64,000 nucleotides of DNA. Origin: an uncultured bacterium (GTDB lineage Bacteria; Verrucomicrobiota; Verrucomicrobiia; Verrucomicrobiales; DEV007). The position numbers were made by a program, and so were the translations under genes. Where the stretch lies: assembly GCA_963977015.1 (NCBI GenBank), contig CAXBMO010000010.1, positions 1-64,000 of the forward strand, read 5' to 3'. Under the pieces are notes generated by a model. The model saw nothing but the letters and a program-made list of their open reading frames with translations, had not been told where the DNA came from and did not search any database. This document shows positions 1-10,400 of this stretch, piece after piece. Numbering within the stretch: position 1 is the first letter of the stretch; each line of letters starts with the position of its first letter.

Positions 1-3000
1 GATTTGTCGGGGCGGGTGGCCTGATACCAGTCGCGGTCGAGGTTGGGATTGCCCTTGAGATTGAAGCACTCCTGCGACATCTCGCCGCCCTGTGGATTGA
101 AGACGAACTCCGGCATGCCCCGGGAATCCCGGGCCAGTTTTGCCTGGTGCGCCGACATGTCATCCGCAACGCCGTGCTCGGGCTGGCAGGTGGTGTAGCT
201 CTGGTAGAAGGCGGTGCCGCGATATTCCAGACCCTCGATCAGGGTTTGGTAGAGCTTGGCCGAATTGGCCATGGAAACCTGGGCGATATAGGGGCTGCCG
301 TGTCCGCTGGTCAGGATTTCGGCGACGTTCTTTTTCTCGTTGAGCTTGCCCTGGGAGGCCTTGCCAAACTGGTTCATGTCATAGCCGCCCATCATGTTCG
401 AGCTGTCGGAATTCTGACCCCCGGTATTCGAGTAGACCTGGGTATCGAGCATGATCCCTTTCACGTTGGGGCGGTTCTGCAGAATGACTTTGCTGAGGTT
501 TTGAAATCCGATGTCGCCAAGCGCACCGTCTCCGCCGACGAGCCAGACCTTGGGCAGTTCGCGAATTTCCTGATCGGTCATTTCGACCTCGGTCAAATGG
601 GTCAGGGTCCAGTAGCCGCCTTCGTCGATCACGCCCGATCCGGAGTCGGCGGCGCTTTCCGTTCCGAGAAGCGCTTTCGCGAGTCGCTCCGGCGCGACAC
701 TTCTCCGTGCGTGTCGAAGCATGTGACTTTCGCCGAGGAGCCAGGAAATGGTGGGACCATCCTGGAACAGGGAATTCATCCATGGATAGGGATGAGGATT
801 GGAAGGCGGCGTTGATCCGTAAACCGTGTTGCAGCCGGTCGAGGCCCCCATGAACATGGTGCTCATGCCGTTGCCGAGGCGGCCGTCCGTCGATTGGAGA
901 TGCTTGTGGTTGAAGGCGTCGATCCGCAGCACGGAGACGATTGCGGCGATGACGTCTTCGTCCGAAATCGGCCCGCTTTTCGCCATGCGCTTTTTCGTGT
1001 CCGCGTCGTCCTCCCCGCCAAGTCCCATCAGGATGTGCGCGACGGCCATCTTGAAGAGTTCATACTCCGGTTCGTCGCTGGCTTTGAGCTTCTCCAGCTT
1101 CGCGGAGCCTTCGGCTTCCAGTTGGTCGGCGAAGGCGAGAAGTCGATCCGCCTTCTTGTGATACATCGGGCGCATGTAGGCTTCGGTGACGGAGGCGATC
1201 GCGCGGAGAATCGATTTTTCCCCACAACCGGCACAGGCGCCGTCTCCGGAGACGAGTGCCTCGTAGTTTCGCCGCACCATGAGGTGGTTCCGCAAGGCCG
1301 CCGGACGCGAGTCTTCAGGCGCTTCGTTGTCGTAGAGTCCGAGGTATTTCTGCGGGGTATCGGGGAGAAGTCGCGAAAAAATCTGGGCACTGGTGAGCTT
1401 GTAATTCAGTTCCTCGGTGTCGGGAACCATGACGAGGGCTCCGTGATCCCCGCATTGCTCGACGCACTCGCCGCAGCCTTTGCAGAGATCACTAACAAAG
1501 ATCGAAAAGACTCCGCCATTGCCCGGATTTTTCTTTTCAACGGATTTGAAGATGGCCGGTGTTTTCGTGTAGGCGATTGGAACGAGATCGAGAATCCCGT
1601 TCAGTTCTGTCTTGGCCTTTTTCGTGATGCCTCCGTTGAGCGCGGAGACCTCCGCACTGACAATCTCCTTGAACGGAATCTGCTCCTTGGCCTCGATCGC
1701 CGCGTTCATCTTTTCACGGGCCCGTTCCTCAATTGCGGGGATCTGCTTGATCAAGAGCTTTCGCTGCTTCTCATTGCTAACATAGTTGCTGATCGCGGTT
1801 TTCAGAACCGTGCCAACTTCCTGAGCCGTGTTGGGGAGGGCGGTATCGGGACATGCGGTGATGCATTCCATGCACTGGGTGCAGTTCTCAGGGATGTAGA
1901 GAGGAGTCTCGCGGCGCGCAACATACTTGGAGGCCGTTGCGCCGGTCCCGGCAGCCATGACGCCAACCGAGGCGAGGGCGCTGGCTGGTTGGTGGTATCC
2001 GAGACCGTTTCGAAACTCACTGTCGAACTTGGCAATCTTCTGGACCGGATGCTTGAAGTGTTGTCCCTTCGGAACCTTTGGAGTGTTGAGATTCTCATCC
2101 ATCGGGACCCCGGCGGTGGGAAGAATGGTGCAGGCGCCCTGGGGCATGAAGGGATGAAGTCGCATGTTGGAGCGATCGTCATCCTCGATCTCGCCGTAGT
2201 GGATCTCCTGAACCCGGGTGTATCCGGCCTTCATCACGTTCATGTTCGACTCGACGACGGCTTCGCCAAAACGGCCGAACTTGCGCTCATACTGCGCCCG
2301 CACCACCTCGTCGAATTTGGACTCATCAATTCCGAACACTTCGAAAAACGGAGACACTTTGAAGAAGCCGCCGAGAAAGGAGTTCCCCTGCATGCGGAGT
2401 TGCAGGTCGGGGCGGTCCGTTGCTCCTCGAGCGATTTCGAATCCGGGCAAAATGAAAACCTTGATGTGGTTCTCCTTCACAAACTTGCGGTACTGTTGCG
2501 GGATGCGGGACCACGCGGTTTCCGGGGTTTCTGAGGATTCCCAAACGAGGGCGCCGCCGGGTTTGAGGCCTGCCAGCGGATTGGTGTGGGTGAACGCTTT
2601 CGGGTCGCAGCACAGCACGATGTCGACGTGATTGAGCTCGCAATTGACCCGCACCGGCTTGGGAGCCGCCACCAGATAGTAGTTGGTCGGAGCTCCCTTC
2701 TTTTCGGAGCCGTACTTGGGATTCGCGTTGACGAAGAGAGAGGCCTCTCCCGTCTCCTGTTCCAGCATGTGCCCAAACTCGCCGACGATTTCTCCCAGGT
2801 TCTTTCCGGTCGTGATCATTCCCCATCCACCGATGGAGTGAAAACGCGCGGCAATGGCTCCGGGAGGCAGCAGCGACGGAGTGTCGCGGGAAATCACGGC
2901 ATACGGATGATCCACCCCCAGCGTGAAGTAGTTCACGCCATCGGCAGCCTTTTTGCCATCCTTCCGCGCCGTCATTCCGGTCGCAAATTCGTAGGCTCCC

Positions 3001-4259
3001 AGAATGTGCTCGGGGCGGAAATCCCGCGATCCGATTCCGTAGGATCCATTGAAAATGCGGGGCATCTCTTTGGGTGAAATCGCGCCGACCGAACCCACTC
3101 CCTCTTTGTGGGCTTCCGCCGCCTTGGTGAGGGCGACCCGGATGTCGCGACCGAGCGGGTTGTCGCCAGCCATGCCTTCATCGGTCCGCTCGACAATGAT
3201 GACGTTCTTTTTGCCTCGCAGTGCCTCGACGATGGCGGCTTCCGGAAATGGGCGAATCACATTGACGTGAATCGAGCCGACCTTGGCGCTGCGGTGTTCC
3301 CGGAGGTAATCGCAGGCTTCCTCGATGTTTTCCGCCGCGCACCCCAGCGACACAAAAACGGTGTCCGCATCCTTGCATTCATACTGATCAATCAGCTCGT
3401 AATGACGCCCGGTCAGCTTCCCAAACTCTGCGTAGGCATCTTGCAGAAATTGAAGAATCGGCTCGTTCCAATTGTTGCGACGGGCCACCACTCCGTTCAT
3501 GTGATGTTCCTGGTTTTGGACCGGGCCGAGGAGAAGCGGATTTTTTAGATCCATCATCGCGGGAACCCGGCGGCGCTCGGGACCGAAGAGTTCTTTCTGG
3601 GCATCCGTGGGGCATGGGATCATTTCCCGGGGATCGCCAAGAAACTCCCGGAGAAAGTCCGACTCCGGCATCAGCCACGCCCGCTCGGAGTGGGTTGTCA
3701 GCATTCCGTCCTGAACGTTCATTCCGGGATTGAGCGCCAACTCATTCACTTTCCTCAGAATTATGGCCTGGTCGGCTGCCTGCTGGGCATCCTTGGCGAA
3801 GAGGATCGTCCAACCGGTATCCAGGGCCGAGTAGATATCGTCGTGACCGCAGTGAACGTTGAGGGCGTGCTTCGTCAGGGCCCGTGCCCCGACTTCCAGA
3901 ACCATGGTCGAGCACTTGCCCGGAGCGTGATAATACTGCTCCATTGCGTAGGCCAACCCTTGGCCTGAGGTGAAATTCACGACTCTTCGTCCCGTTACCG
4001 CCAGAGCCGTGGCCCCGCCCTGGGCCGCGTGTTCTCCTTCCGTCTCGATGGCGATTTTCTGATTTCCCCAGACGTCCAGTTCGCCCTGAGCGAAAGACTG
4101 CTGGTAAAGCTCACCGCCTTCGGTCGAAGGAGTGATCGGGTAGAACACGCCTCCTTCCGTGATTCGGGATTCGACATATTTGGCGACCAGGGTGTTGCCG
4201 TTGCAGGTGATACGTATTCCGGGATACTTCTGGCTGGATGAACTCGAGGGGTTTGACAT
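1..4259 (-). CDS. nifJ: Pyruvate:ferredoxin/flavodoxin oxidoreductase, long single-chain type (partial; continues past the left edge, >1419 aa)
   Basis: Translated by hand from ATG 4259: MSNPSSSSSQKYPGIRITCNGN...FYPITPST...EGEHAAQG...NFTSGQG. It carries ferredoxin motifs CTQCMECITACP (~1883) and CKGCGECVEQC (~1484), GDGACAGCGEK, and C-terminal YTTCQPEHG in the same frame at the window edge. It is absent from the ORF track because it has no stop inside the window. Confidence 0.93.
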   Translation of the reverse strand, partial: MSNPSSSSSQKYPGIRITCNGNTLVAKYVESRITEGGVFYPITPSTEGGELYQQSFAQGELDVWGNQKIAIETEGEHAAQGGATALAVTGRRVVNFTSGQGLAYAMEQYYHAPGKCSTMVLEVGARALTKHALNVHCGHDDIYSALDTGWTILFAKDAQQAADQAIILRKVNELALNPGMNVQDGMLTTHSERAWLMPESDFLREFLGDPREMIPCPTDAQKELFGPERRRVPAMMDLKNPLLLGPVQNQEHHMNGVVARRNNWNEPILQFLQDAYAEFGKLTGRHYELIDQYECKDADTVFVSLGCAAENIEEACDYLREHRSAKVGSIHVNVIRPFPEAAIVEALRGKKNVIIVERTDEGMAGDNPLGRDIRVALTKAAEAHKEGVGSVGAISPKEMPRIFNGSYGIGSRDFRPEHILGAYEFATGMTARKDGKKAADGVNYFTLGVDHPYAVISRDTPSLLPPGAIAARFHSIGGWGMITTGKNLGEIVGEFGHMLEQETGEASLFVNANPKYGSEKKGAPTNYYLVAAPKPVRVNCELNHVDIVLCCDPKAFTHTNPLAGLKPGGALVWESSETPETAWSRIPQQYRKFVKENHIKVFILPGFEIARGATDRPDLQLRMQGNSFLGGFFKVSPFFEVFGIDESKFDEVVRAQYERKFGRFGEAVVESNMNVMKAGYTRVQEIHYGEIEDDDRSNMRLHPFMPQGACTILPTAGVPMDENLNTPKVPKGQHFKHPVQKIAKFDSEFRNGLGYHQPASALASVGVMAAGTGATASKYVARRETPLYIPENCTQCMECITACPDTALPNTAQEVGTVLKTAISNYVSNEKQRKLLIKQIPAIEERAREKMNAAIEAKEQIPFKEIVSAEVSALNGGITKKAKTELNGILDLVPIAYTKTPAIFKSVEKKNPGNGGVFSIFVSDLCKGCGECVEQCGDHGALVMVPDTEELNYKLTSAQIFSRLLPDTPQKYLGLYDNEAPEDSRPAALRNHLMVRRNYEALVSGDGACAGCGEKSILRAIASVTEAYMRPMYHKKADRLLAFADQLEAEGSAKLEKLKASDEPEYELFKMAVAHILMGLGGEDDADTKKRMAKSGPISDEDVIAAIVSVLRIDAFNHKHLQSTDGRLGNGMSTMFMGASTGCNTVYGSTPPSNPHPYPWMNSLFQDGPTISWLLGESHMLRHARRSVAPERLAKALLGTESAADSGSGVIDEGGYWTLTHLTEVEMTDQEIRELPKVWLVGGDGALGDIGFQNLSKVILQNRPNVKGIMLDTQVYSNTGGQNSDSSNMMGGYDMNQFGKASQGKLNEKKNVAEILTSGHGSPYIAQVSMANSAKLYQTLIEGLEYRGTAFYQSYTTCQPEHGVADDMSAHQAKLARDSRGMPEFVFNPQGGEMSQECFNLKGNPNLDRDWYQATRPDK

Positions 4260-4435
4260 GGTGAGAGTAATCGCAGGTTTTCGTTTGCGAGAACATTGTA
4301 GTGAGTTCCGGAGAAGTGGTCACTATCATTTTTCTCAACCTCTCGAGTCGCGAAGGCACGCCGCGATGGTCCACTGAAGTGGAAGGTGGCTGGGGAAGTT
4401 CCAGCCGCGGGGGGAGGAAACCGCCAACCGCAGGT

Positions 4436-5077
4436 CTAACGGACCATCTCGTTGAAAATCCCGAGAATGTCTTCGACCCGGCGACCAACGAATTGATTGG
4501 TGGTGATATTGAGATTGGCGATGTTCTTCCAGAACTCAAAGGCGGAGGTTCCCGCGGTCGCAAACGGGCGATTCTGGGCTTTGGCGGCATTGGCCTTGAA
4601 GCTGGCTTCGTCCTTGCCCTGATATTCTTTGACCCATTGGCGCAGGAGTTGGCCGTCCTTGGTGTAGTAAAAGCGATATTCCTTGAAGAAATCGATCGTC
4701 TGGTCGGGATTGTTTGGATCGAACCGCCAGTAGCTGTCCTGCCAGAACACGAATGCGGGCATGTTGGAGTTTTCGTAATAGTAGATGCTGGCGGAGAAGC
4801 CTCCGTGATCCCCCGTCGCGACATCGAGGACGATGCGCCGGACGGAGCCGCTCGAATCGGAGGCGCGTTTGACGAGCATCTGCAAGCCCTCATCGGGGGA
4901 TTCCAGCTCGCTGTTGGTGACGGTCAGCCTGGCTGCTTCGACTTCCGCGTAGAGGGTCCGCACGATCTGAATCGCGGCGGCATCTTCGGTCGGCTTGAGT
5001 TCCTGCGCCTGGGTTGATGCGAGGAGGGCGATGGTTGGAAGGATGAAAAGGAAGGCAGGGAGTGAAGGTTGGGTCAT
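4436..5077 (-). CDS. Exported hypothetical protein (~213 aa)
   Basis: Within ORF 4436..5395. The likely start is ATG 5077, giving the signal-peptide-like [24 protein letters not shown]; the longer upstream extension overlaps the opposite-strand gene. Confidence 0.7.
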   Translation of the reverse strand: MTQPSLPAFLFILPTIALLASTQAQELKPTEDAAAIQIVRTLYAEVEAARLTVTNSELESPDEGLQMLVKRASDSSGSVRRIVLDVATGDHGGFSASIYYYENSNMPAFVFWQDSYWRFDPNNPDQTIDFFKEYRFYYTKDGQLLRQWVKEYQGKDEASFKANAAKAQNRPFATAGTSAFEFWKNIANLNITTNQFVGRRVEDILGIFNEMVR

Positions 5078-5308
5078 GGCAATGAATTGGTGAAAACTTG
5101 GGCGCAAATTGGCGGTCGAGGGTTCAATGAAAACTGGCGTGTTGGCCAAAAAATGCGAATCCAAAGCCAGAGGATTTTGCCCGCAATCACGATTCGCTCG
5201 TGGATGCGGTTTGCGGGGCGGGTTCTCATGATTGGTGATCCGGCCTGGCCACACAGTGTGACCGGCGGATTGATAATCGCAACAAGCTGTGGCAGGGAAC
5301 CGTTGCGA

Positions 5309-5539
5309 ATGACCGAGGACCGAAAACCGCTGAACCCGAACGATCCCCTGCACGGCGTCAAGCTGGAGCAAATCGTGACGCAGTTGTTCGAGCACTACGG
5401 TTGGGAAGCACTTGCCGCCGAGGTGAACGTCAACTGCTTCAAGAATGATCCATCGGTCAAATCGAGCCTCAAATTCCTGCGCAAGACGCCATGGGCGCGG
5501 GCGAAGGTGGAGCGTTTGTATCTGGATACGTTTCTGTAG
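5309..5539 (+). CDS. VF530/DUF2132 family small putative DNA-binding protein
   Basis: [17 protein letters not shown]...YGWEAL...[27 protein letters not shown] is the family signature. ATG at 5309. Confidence 0.9.
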   Translation: MTEDRKPLNPNDPLHGVKLEQIVTQLFEHYGWEALAAEVNVNCFKNDPSVKSSLKFLRKTPWARAKVERLYLDTFL

Positions 5540-5586
5540 CCGCGCAATGTTTGCATTGTCTGTGGAACGCGTCGTAAGGTCAGCTC

Positions 5587-5856
5587 ATGGAAACTCAGAG
5601 TCATGCGCGTCCAACTTGGAAAGTCATCGCCGACAAAGCGATCACCGTCTTCATCTTTGTGCTTCTGGCCTACTGCATCGTTTCCTGGATTCCGAGCCTT
5701 CGCAATGGCGCGGTTGGCGCGACTCTCGAAACGGTGATGGGACCGATTCTCGCGCCGGTGCGAATGATCATTCCCCCGGTTGGCGGCCTCGACCTGAGCG
5801 TGCTCGTCTACTTCTTCGGGCTGCAGTTCGTCCAACAGCGTTTTCTCAGAAATTGA
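5587..5856 (+). CDS. YggT family membrane protein
   Basis: IVSWIP...PILAPVRMIIPPVGGLDLS motif, hydrophobic, 89 aa. Confidence 0.85.
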   Translation: METQSHARPTWKVIADKAITVFIFVLLAYCIVSWIPSLRNGAVGATLETVMGPILAPVRMIIPPVGGLDLSVLVYFFGLQFVQQRFLRN

Positions 5857-5911
5857 TCGATCCGCAGCATTGGTGCGGAAAGAGCCTCCCCTGAATGGGC
5901 GCCAGTTATGG

Positions 5912-6224
5912 GGAATGTCGCCAGGTTAAGCGGGTTCATCGGAAAATTTGCCGAGGTCTCCACAGGGATTTATTCCCGTGGAACGGAGACCAACCACCAG
6001 ACCAATTCCATCCATACGCTCGGCCCGGTTGGCCTTGTGCCAGTCGAGCGCTGACACCGCTTGGAACCGTCAAAAAACAGATCTTGCACTTGGAAGGAGT
6101 CAGCGCTCAACCGGCATGAAACCGGTGGTGGCGATTGGTATTTGGAGATGAATCTGGTGGTTGATCGCGCACCCACCGGGACGAGCCCGAAGGAGAGTTG
6201 AGTTGGTTAACCTTACGCCATTCC
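5912..6224. repeat. Nested multi-hairpin REP/REPIN-like intergenic element
   Basis: Concentric inverted repeats: 5912-5929/6207-6224 (15/18), 5991-6001/6153-6163 (11/11), 6038-6055/6099-6116 (16/18). Short REP-like hairpins lie at about 5960-5981, 6110-6126 and 6173-6193. Confidence 0.7.
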
Positions 6225-6226
6225 AC

Positions 6227-7234
6227 CTATGGTGTGCTGATTTGCGTGCGAAAGCCGCGATGACCGAGGACGATGAGCCCGTCGCCTTCCTGAATCTCCG
6301 AATCGGCTTCAACGGGCGAAATGACGGTTGTGGCGCGGTGCAGCGCCATGACGAGGAAAGCGTGGCGGCGTTCCGCCGTGCCGATGTCGCTGCCGATCAT
6401 TTCGGAGCCGGGTTCGATGGTGATTTCGTCGAGATCGAGGCCGATTTCCTGGAGTTCGGCGACGAGGGCTTCGCGGCCTTTCTTGCCGGTGGTGAATTGA
6501 GCGGCCGCCGGGCGCAGGATCATTTGAGCGATGCGCTCGGCCCCACTTTGCGCGGGGAGAACAATCTCGTTGGCGCCGGCTTGTTTCAATTTGAGGGCGG
6601 TGCTGGAGCGGGCGCCCCGGGCAATGATTTCGATCTCAGGATTGAGGTTGCGGGCGCTGAGGGTGATGAAAACGTTGAGAGCGTCCTGAGGAAGGACGAC
6701 GGCGATGGTGGTGGCACGCTCAATGCCGGCTTCCTGGAGCGTCTCCTCGTCACTGGCGTCACCGATGATGACGGGAACGTTTTTGAGCTCGCGTTGGTCC
6801 ATGAGTTCCTGGTTCGTGTCGATGATGACGACATCGCGTTTGGCTGCGTGGAGCTCGCGGACGAGGAGTTGCCCAACGCGCCCGAAGCCGACGACGATGA
6901 CGTGGTTCTTCATCCTTTGGATTTCCTTAGTCATTTTTTTGCGATCAAGAATGTTGAGAAGCTGCGCTTCGATCAGGAGCTGAACGAAGCCGCCGGTGAT
7001 GAGAATAAGCGAGGTGCAACCGGTGATGATAATGGCGATCGTCCAGGCTTTGAGCTCGGGCGTATCGACGGGGTGAACTTCGCCATAGCCCACCCCAAAG
7101 GCGGTGATGATAACCATGTAGACGACGTCAAGCCACCCCCAATGCGCGATTCCCGCGTAGGCGATCTCGGCGAGGACAAAACTCACCAGGAACGATACGG
7201 CACCGACAATGAGGAGTCTGACTGCACTGGACAT
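6227..7234 (-). CDS. Two-TM potassium channel protein with TrkA-N (RCK) and TrkA-C domains
   Basis: Pore motif TAFGVGYGEV, RCK Rossmann motif HVIVVGFGRVG, GDASDEETLQEAGI, and a C-terminal RCK_C segment. Confidence 0.9.
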   Translation of the reverse strand: MSSAVRLLIVGAVSFLVSFVLAEIAYAGIAHWGWLDVVYMVIITAFGVGYGEVHPVDTPELKAWTIAIIITGCTSLILITGGFVQLLIEAQLLNILDRKKMTKEIQRMKNHVIVVGFGRVGQLLVRELHAAKRDVVIIDTNQELMDQRELKNVPVIIGDASDEETLQEAGIERATTIAVVLPQDALNVFITLSARNLNPEIEIIARGARSSTALKLKQAGANEIVLPAQSGAERIAQMILRPAAAQFTTGKKGREALVAELQEIGLDLDEITIEPGSEMIGSDIGTAERRHAFLVMALHRATTVISPVEADSEIQEGDGLIVLGHRGFRTQISTP

Positions 7235-7463
7235 CGTACTACCGGAGTGGGAATCAATTCTGCTTCAGACCAACGAAGGTTTCGTTGCGAACGTCGCACC
7301 GCGTGGATCAATGAAGATCACGTGGCCCGGCCAAGTCAGGACAAGAAACGTTCTTGAGATGCTGAGCATGGACTGGGTTCGCGTCGAATTGCGAGGGAAT
7401 CAAGGATTAAGGTGAGGCCGGAGGACGCGCGGCGGAAATCCGCGATTTGCTGCGGAAGCCTGA

Positions 7464-10400
7464 TTAACCAAAGAAGCTAAAGAACCGGCTGCTTTTCTCG
7501 GCGGCGCCTCGAACGTCCCGCGGCGAGTAGTTGGCGGCGATGAGGAGTGTTTCGGTCTCTTCGAGGTTCGTCTCAAAAACGGGAGGGAGGGCGACAATGG
7601 CTTCCTTGGATTTGATGCCTGCCTGGCGCAGTGCACGGGCGACATCGAGGGCCTGAGCGCGAAAGTTGTCGCGGAGGGCAAGGGCGATGTCTCCCGCATC
7701 GAACGACGCCGCTTTGAGCGCGCTGGCAACTTCTCCGGGCTTGAATCCCGCGCCAAGGCGAAGCGCTTCAGCAATGGGTTGATAGCCGAAGCCGATTGCC
7801 CGCAACGATTGGGCGATGATTTCCGGCTTGGCGTCGTAGGCGGCTTTGAGTGCGGAGCCGATCTGGTTCGAGGAACATTGCGCGGCATGAAGCTGCTTGG
7901 CGGCGACTTCCGGCGAAACCCGGGCGACGGTTTTCAACACCTTGGCGATGTCGTGAGAGGAGTAGCTGAGATCGCGAAAGCTGTAGGCGAGTTGCTCAAC
8001 ATCGGCGTTGAAAACCTGACGCATACCCTGAGCCAGAGCGATGGCGTCGAGGTTGAGGGATTGCCCGGTAACGAGTTGACCGTCTTTGACGGCGGCGTGA
8101 AAGGCGCCGGATTCCGCGAACGCGGGTTTGAAAAAGGAAAACGCGTGCGGGCGAATGGCTTCGGCGACGGACTGGCGAAATTCGTCGAAACTGACGGGCG
8201 TTTCGGACAACACCAGTTTGGGCGCCGGAAGCTTCAGATTGTTCCAAAGCAAATGGCCGTTGAGGCGCGCCTCAAACCCGGCGGCCCCGATGGAGAGATG
8301 GAGCTTGGCGTGAAATGGGGCGTCGACATGGACGCGGCCCAGGTCCGCCCCGGTTTTCTCGTCGTGCAAATGAAATTCGGTCTTGAGCTGAAGGCCGAGA
8401 TCTCCTTCGGCAGTGAATTCGCTTTCGGTAACGATGCAGGCGAGATCAAAGCCGATTTCCGGAGAATCAAAATCGAAGCTGAACTCTGCGCCGCGTTTCG
8501 TCATCCGCGCAAAAACCACGTGACTGAATTCCGCGAACAAGGTGCAGACGGCTTCGAACTCGACGTGGGCGGCTCCGCTTTCTCCGGGAGACATGCGAAC
8601 CAGCGGTCCCTGATACTGGGGGCCGGAATTGAGGGGCGAATTCTGCGGTTTGGCTGTCAGCTCCAGAATGTGGCGACCTCCGGTCACGCGCTGTCGGCGG
8701 ATCGCGTCGATCGCGCCAGCGGCGGTGATCCCTTTTTCCTGATCGAACGTCCCGGTCAACAAACCGGCCTGTCCGAGAAATCGGAAACCGGTTTGCAGTT
8801 CGTTTCCGTTCGAGGCGAGACGCACGGAAACATCGTGAAATCCGGCGCTGAGTGCGGTTTGAGTCTCGACCGGAATCTTGTTTGCGAGTTTGGGGATGAT
8901 CGCGGCGAAAAGGTCAGTCGTGGGAACTCGATCGAATCCGAGGTTCACATCGTATTCCGGCGAATGCATTTGGTAAACGCGGACGGACCCCGATTGGCCG
9001 CGAAGTGCCGCGCGACCGTTTGCGACGAGCGAAGGGCGTGCGGTTTCATCCATTCGCGCGGTCAAACTGAGATGGTGAATCACGATTCCCTGGGTCGAAA
9101 AAGGGTTCTTCCACGGATCGTTCAACGTGGCGCTGAGATTGCCTTCCTTGCCGCGAATCTTGAGTTCGCCATTCATCGAAAGCGTCTCCCGGCCAACCTG
9201 CAGGTGGATCAGGCCGTCGAGATCGACGGTTTGCGAACCGTTTGCCGACAGGGTCAGTGTGGCGTTCGGTTCGAGGAACGTCACGCCGCTGGCGATCATC
9301 AAATGGGGGAGGGTTCCCTGCACCGAAAGCCGCTCGGGATTCACGTTCCCGACAAAGGTGATGGGGGTATCGTGGCTGCCGTAAAGGCGGGAAAGAAGCT
9401 CAAATTCCGGAAGCCCGACCAAGCGTGTCGGGATGACCAGATTCGTCCCGCGCCGCAGGCGATTCGTCATTTCGTGAGTCAGTCCCGGCACGTCCCAGGG
9501 CACGCGTTCAAACGAGGTAACCACCAACATCAGGCGCGTGATGTCGATCCGGTCTAGCGGATGCAAATAAGCGGCCAAATCCGAAATCCTCCAACTCCGC
9601 AGCATCTCGGGCGTTGCAACGAAGCCCCACTTTCCTTCATGCCGGTAAATGGAAACGCGGATGGTCCCGGAATCGGGTGGAGAACCAAGGATCGAAAAAG
9701 ACTGGTCGGCCAGGTTCGCCTGCACGGCGGCTTCCGTGAGAGGCTTGATGGATGAGGCGACAATGGGGGCGTCATCGCAAAGTTGGGCCAGCACGGTGGG
9801 GAGATCGAAGGGACGCCGGCTCCCGAGAAGGACGGACGGCTTGTCGACCGGTGCGCTGAGGTTGAGTTCCCGGCCTCCGATCATCGTGGTTCCCTCGATT
9901 TTCCCGAGAACGGGAGAGGCGGCGTCCTGGCGCAGCAACTCCAGCTGCAGCTGATTGAGGGTGACGCCGTCGCGGCCAACCGGGATGGTCCAGGTGTCGT
10001 CGCTTTTGGCCGAGAGGCTAAAGTGGCCGGTTTGCGGCGAGAAAATGAATTTGGCATCCCGAAGAAACAAGGCGGGAAGCCACTGAAACAGTCCCGCATC
10101 GATCGCAACCGGATTGATGAGGTGCTCCATGGCGACCCTTTCCAGCTCGATCGTGAATTGGAAGGGCCCTGGAAAGTGGTAGGTCACGGGAAAGAGGTGG
10201 TTCCCCATGAGGAGCTTGCCGGTCAGTGTCCCGGTCGAAAGCTCATGCGGCGCGTATTTGTGGATTTCCGCCTTCAGCGAGACCTCACTGAGGAAGCGGT
10301 TTCCGGTCATCTCCCAGGTTCCGGGGGCGCTGGCTTCGACCCGGATGCGCTCACGCAGGTCTTCCTCGGTAACCCAATCGAACCGGATGTCAGGGAAGCC

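Noticed and set aside
147-3968. Long plus-strand ORFs (147..815, 894..2534, 2586..3077 and others)
   Set aside because: Antisense shadows of the minus-strand PFOR gene, with no protein motifs.
7351-7366. 13-bp match (cagcatctcaaga, reverse strand) to the element at 38784-38982
   Set aside because: Too short, with no extended similarity; compatible with chance.
7235-7463. Possible riboswitch upstream of the K+ channel gene
   Set aside because: No recognisable c-di-AMP or other riboswitch consensus; an Rfam search would be needed.
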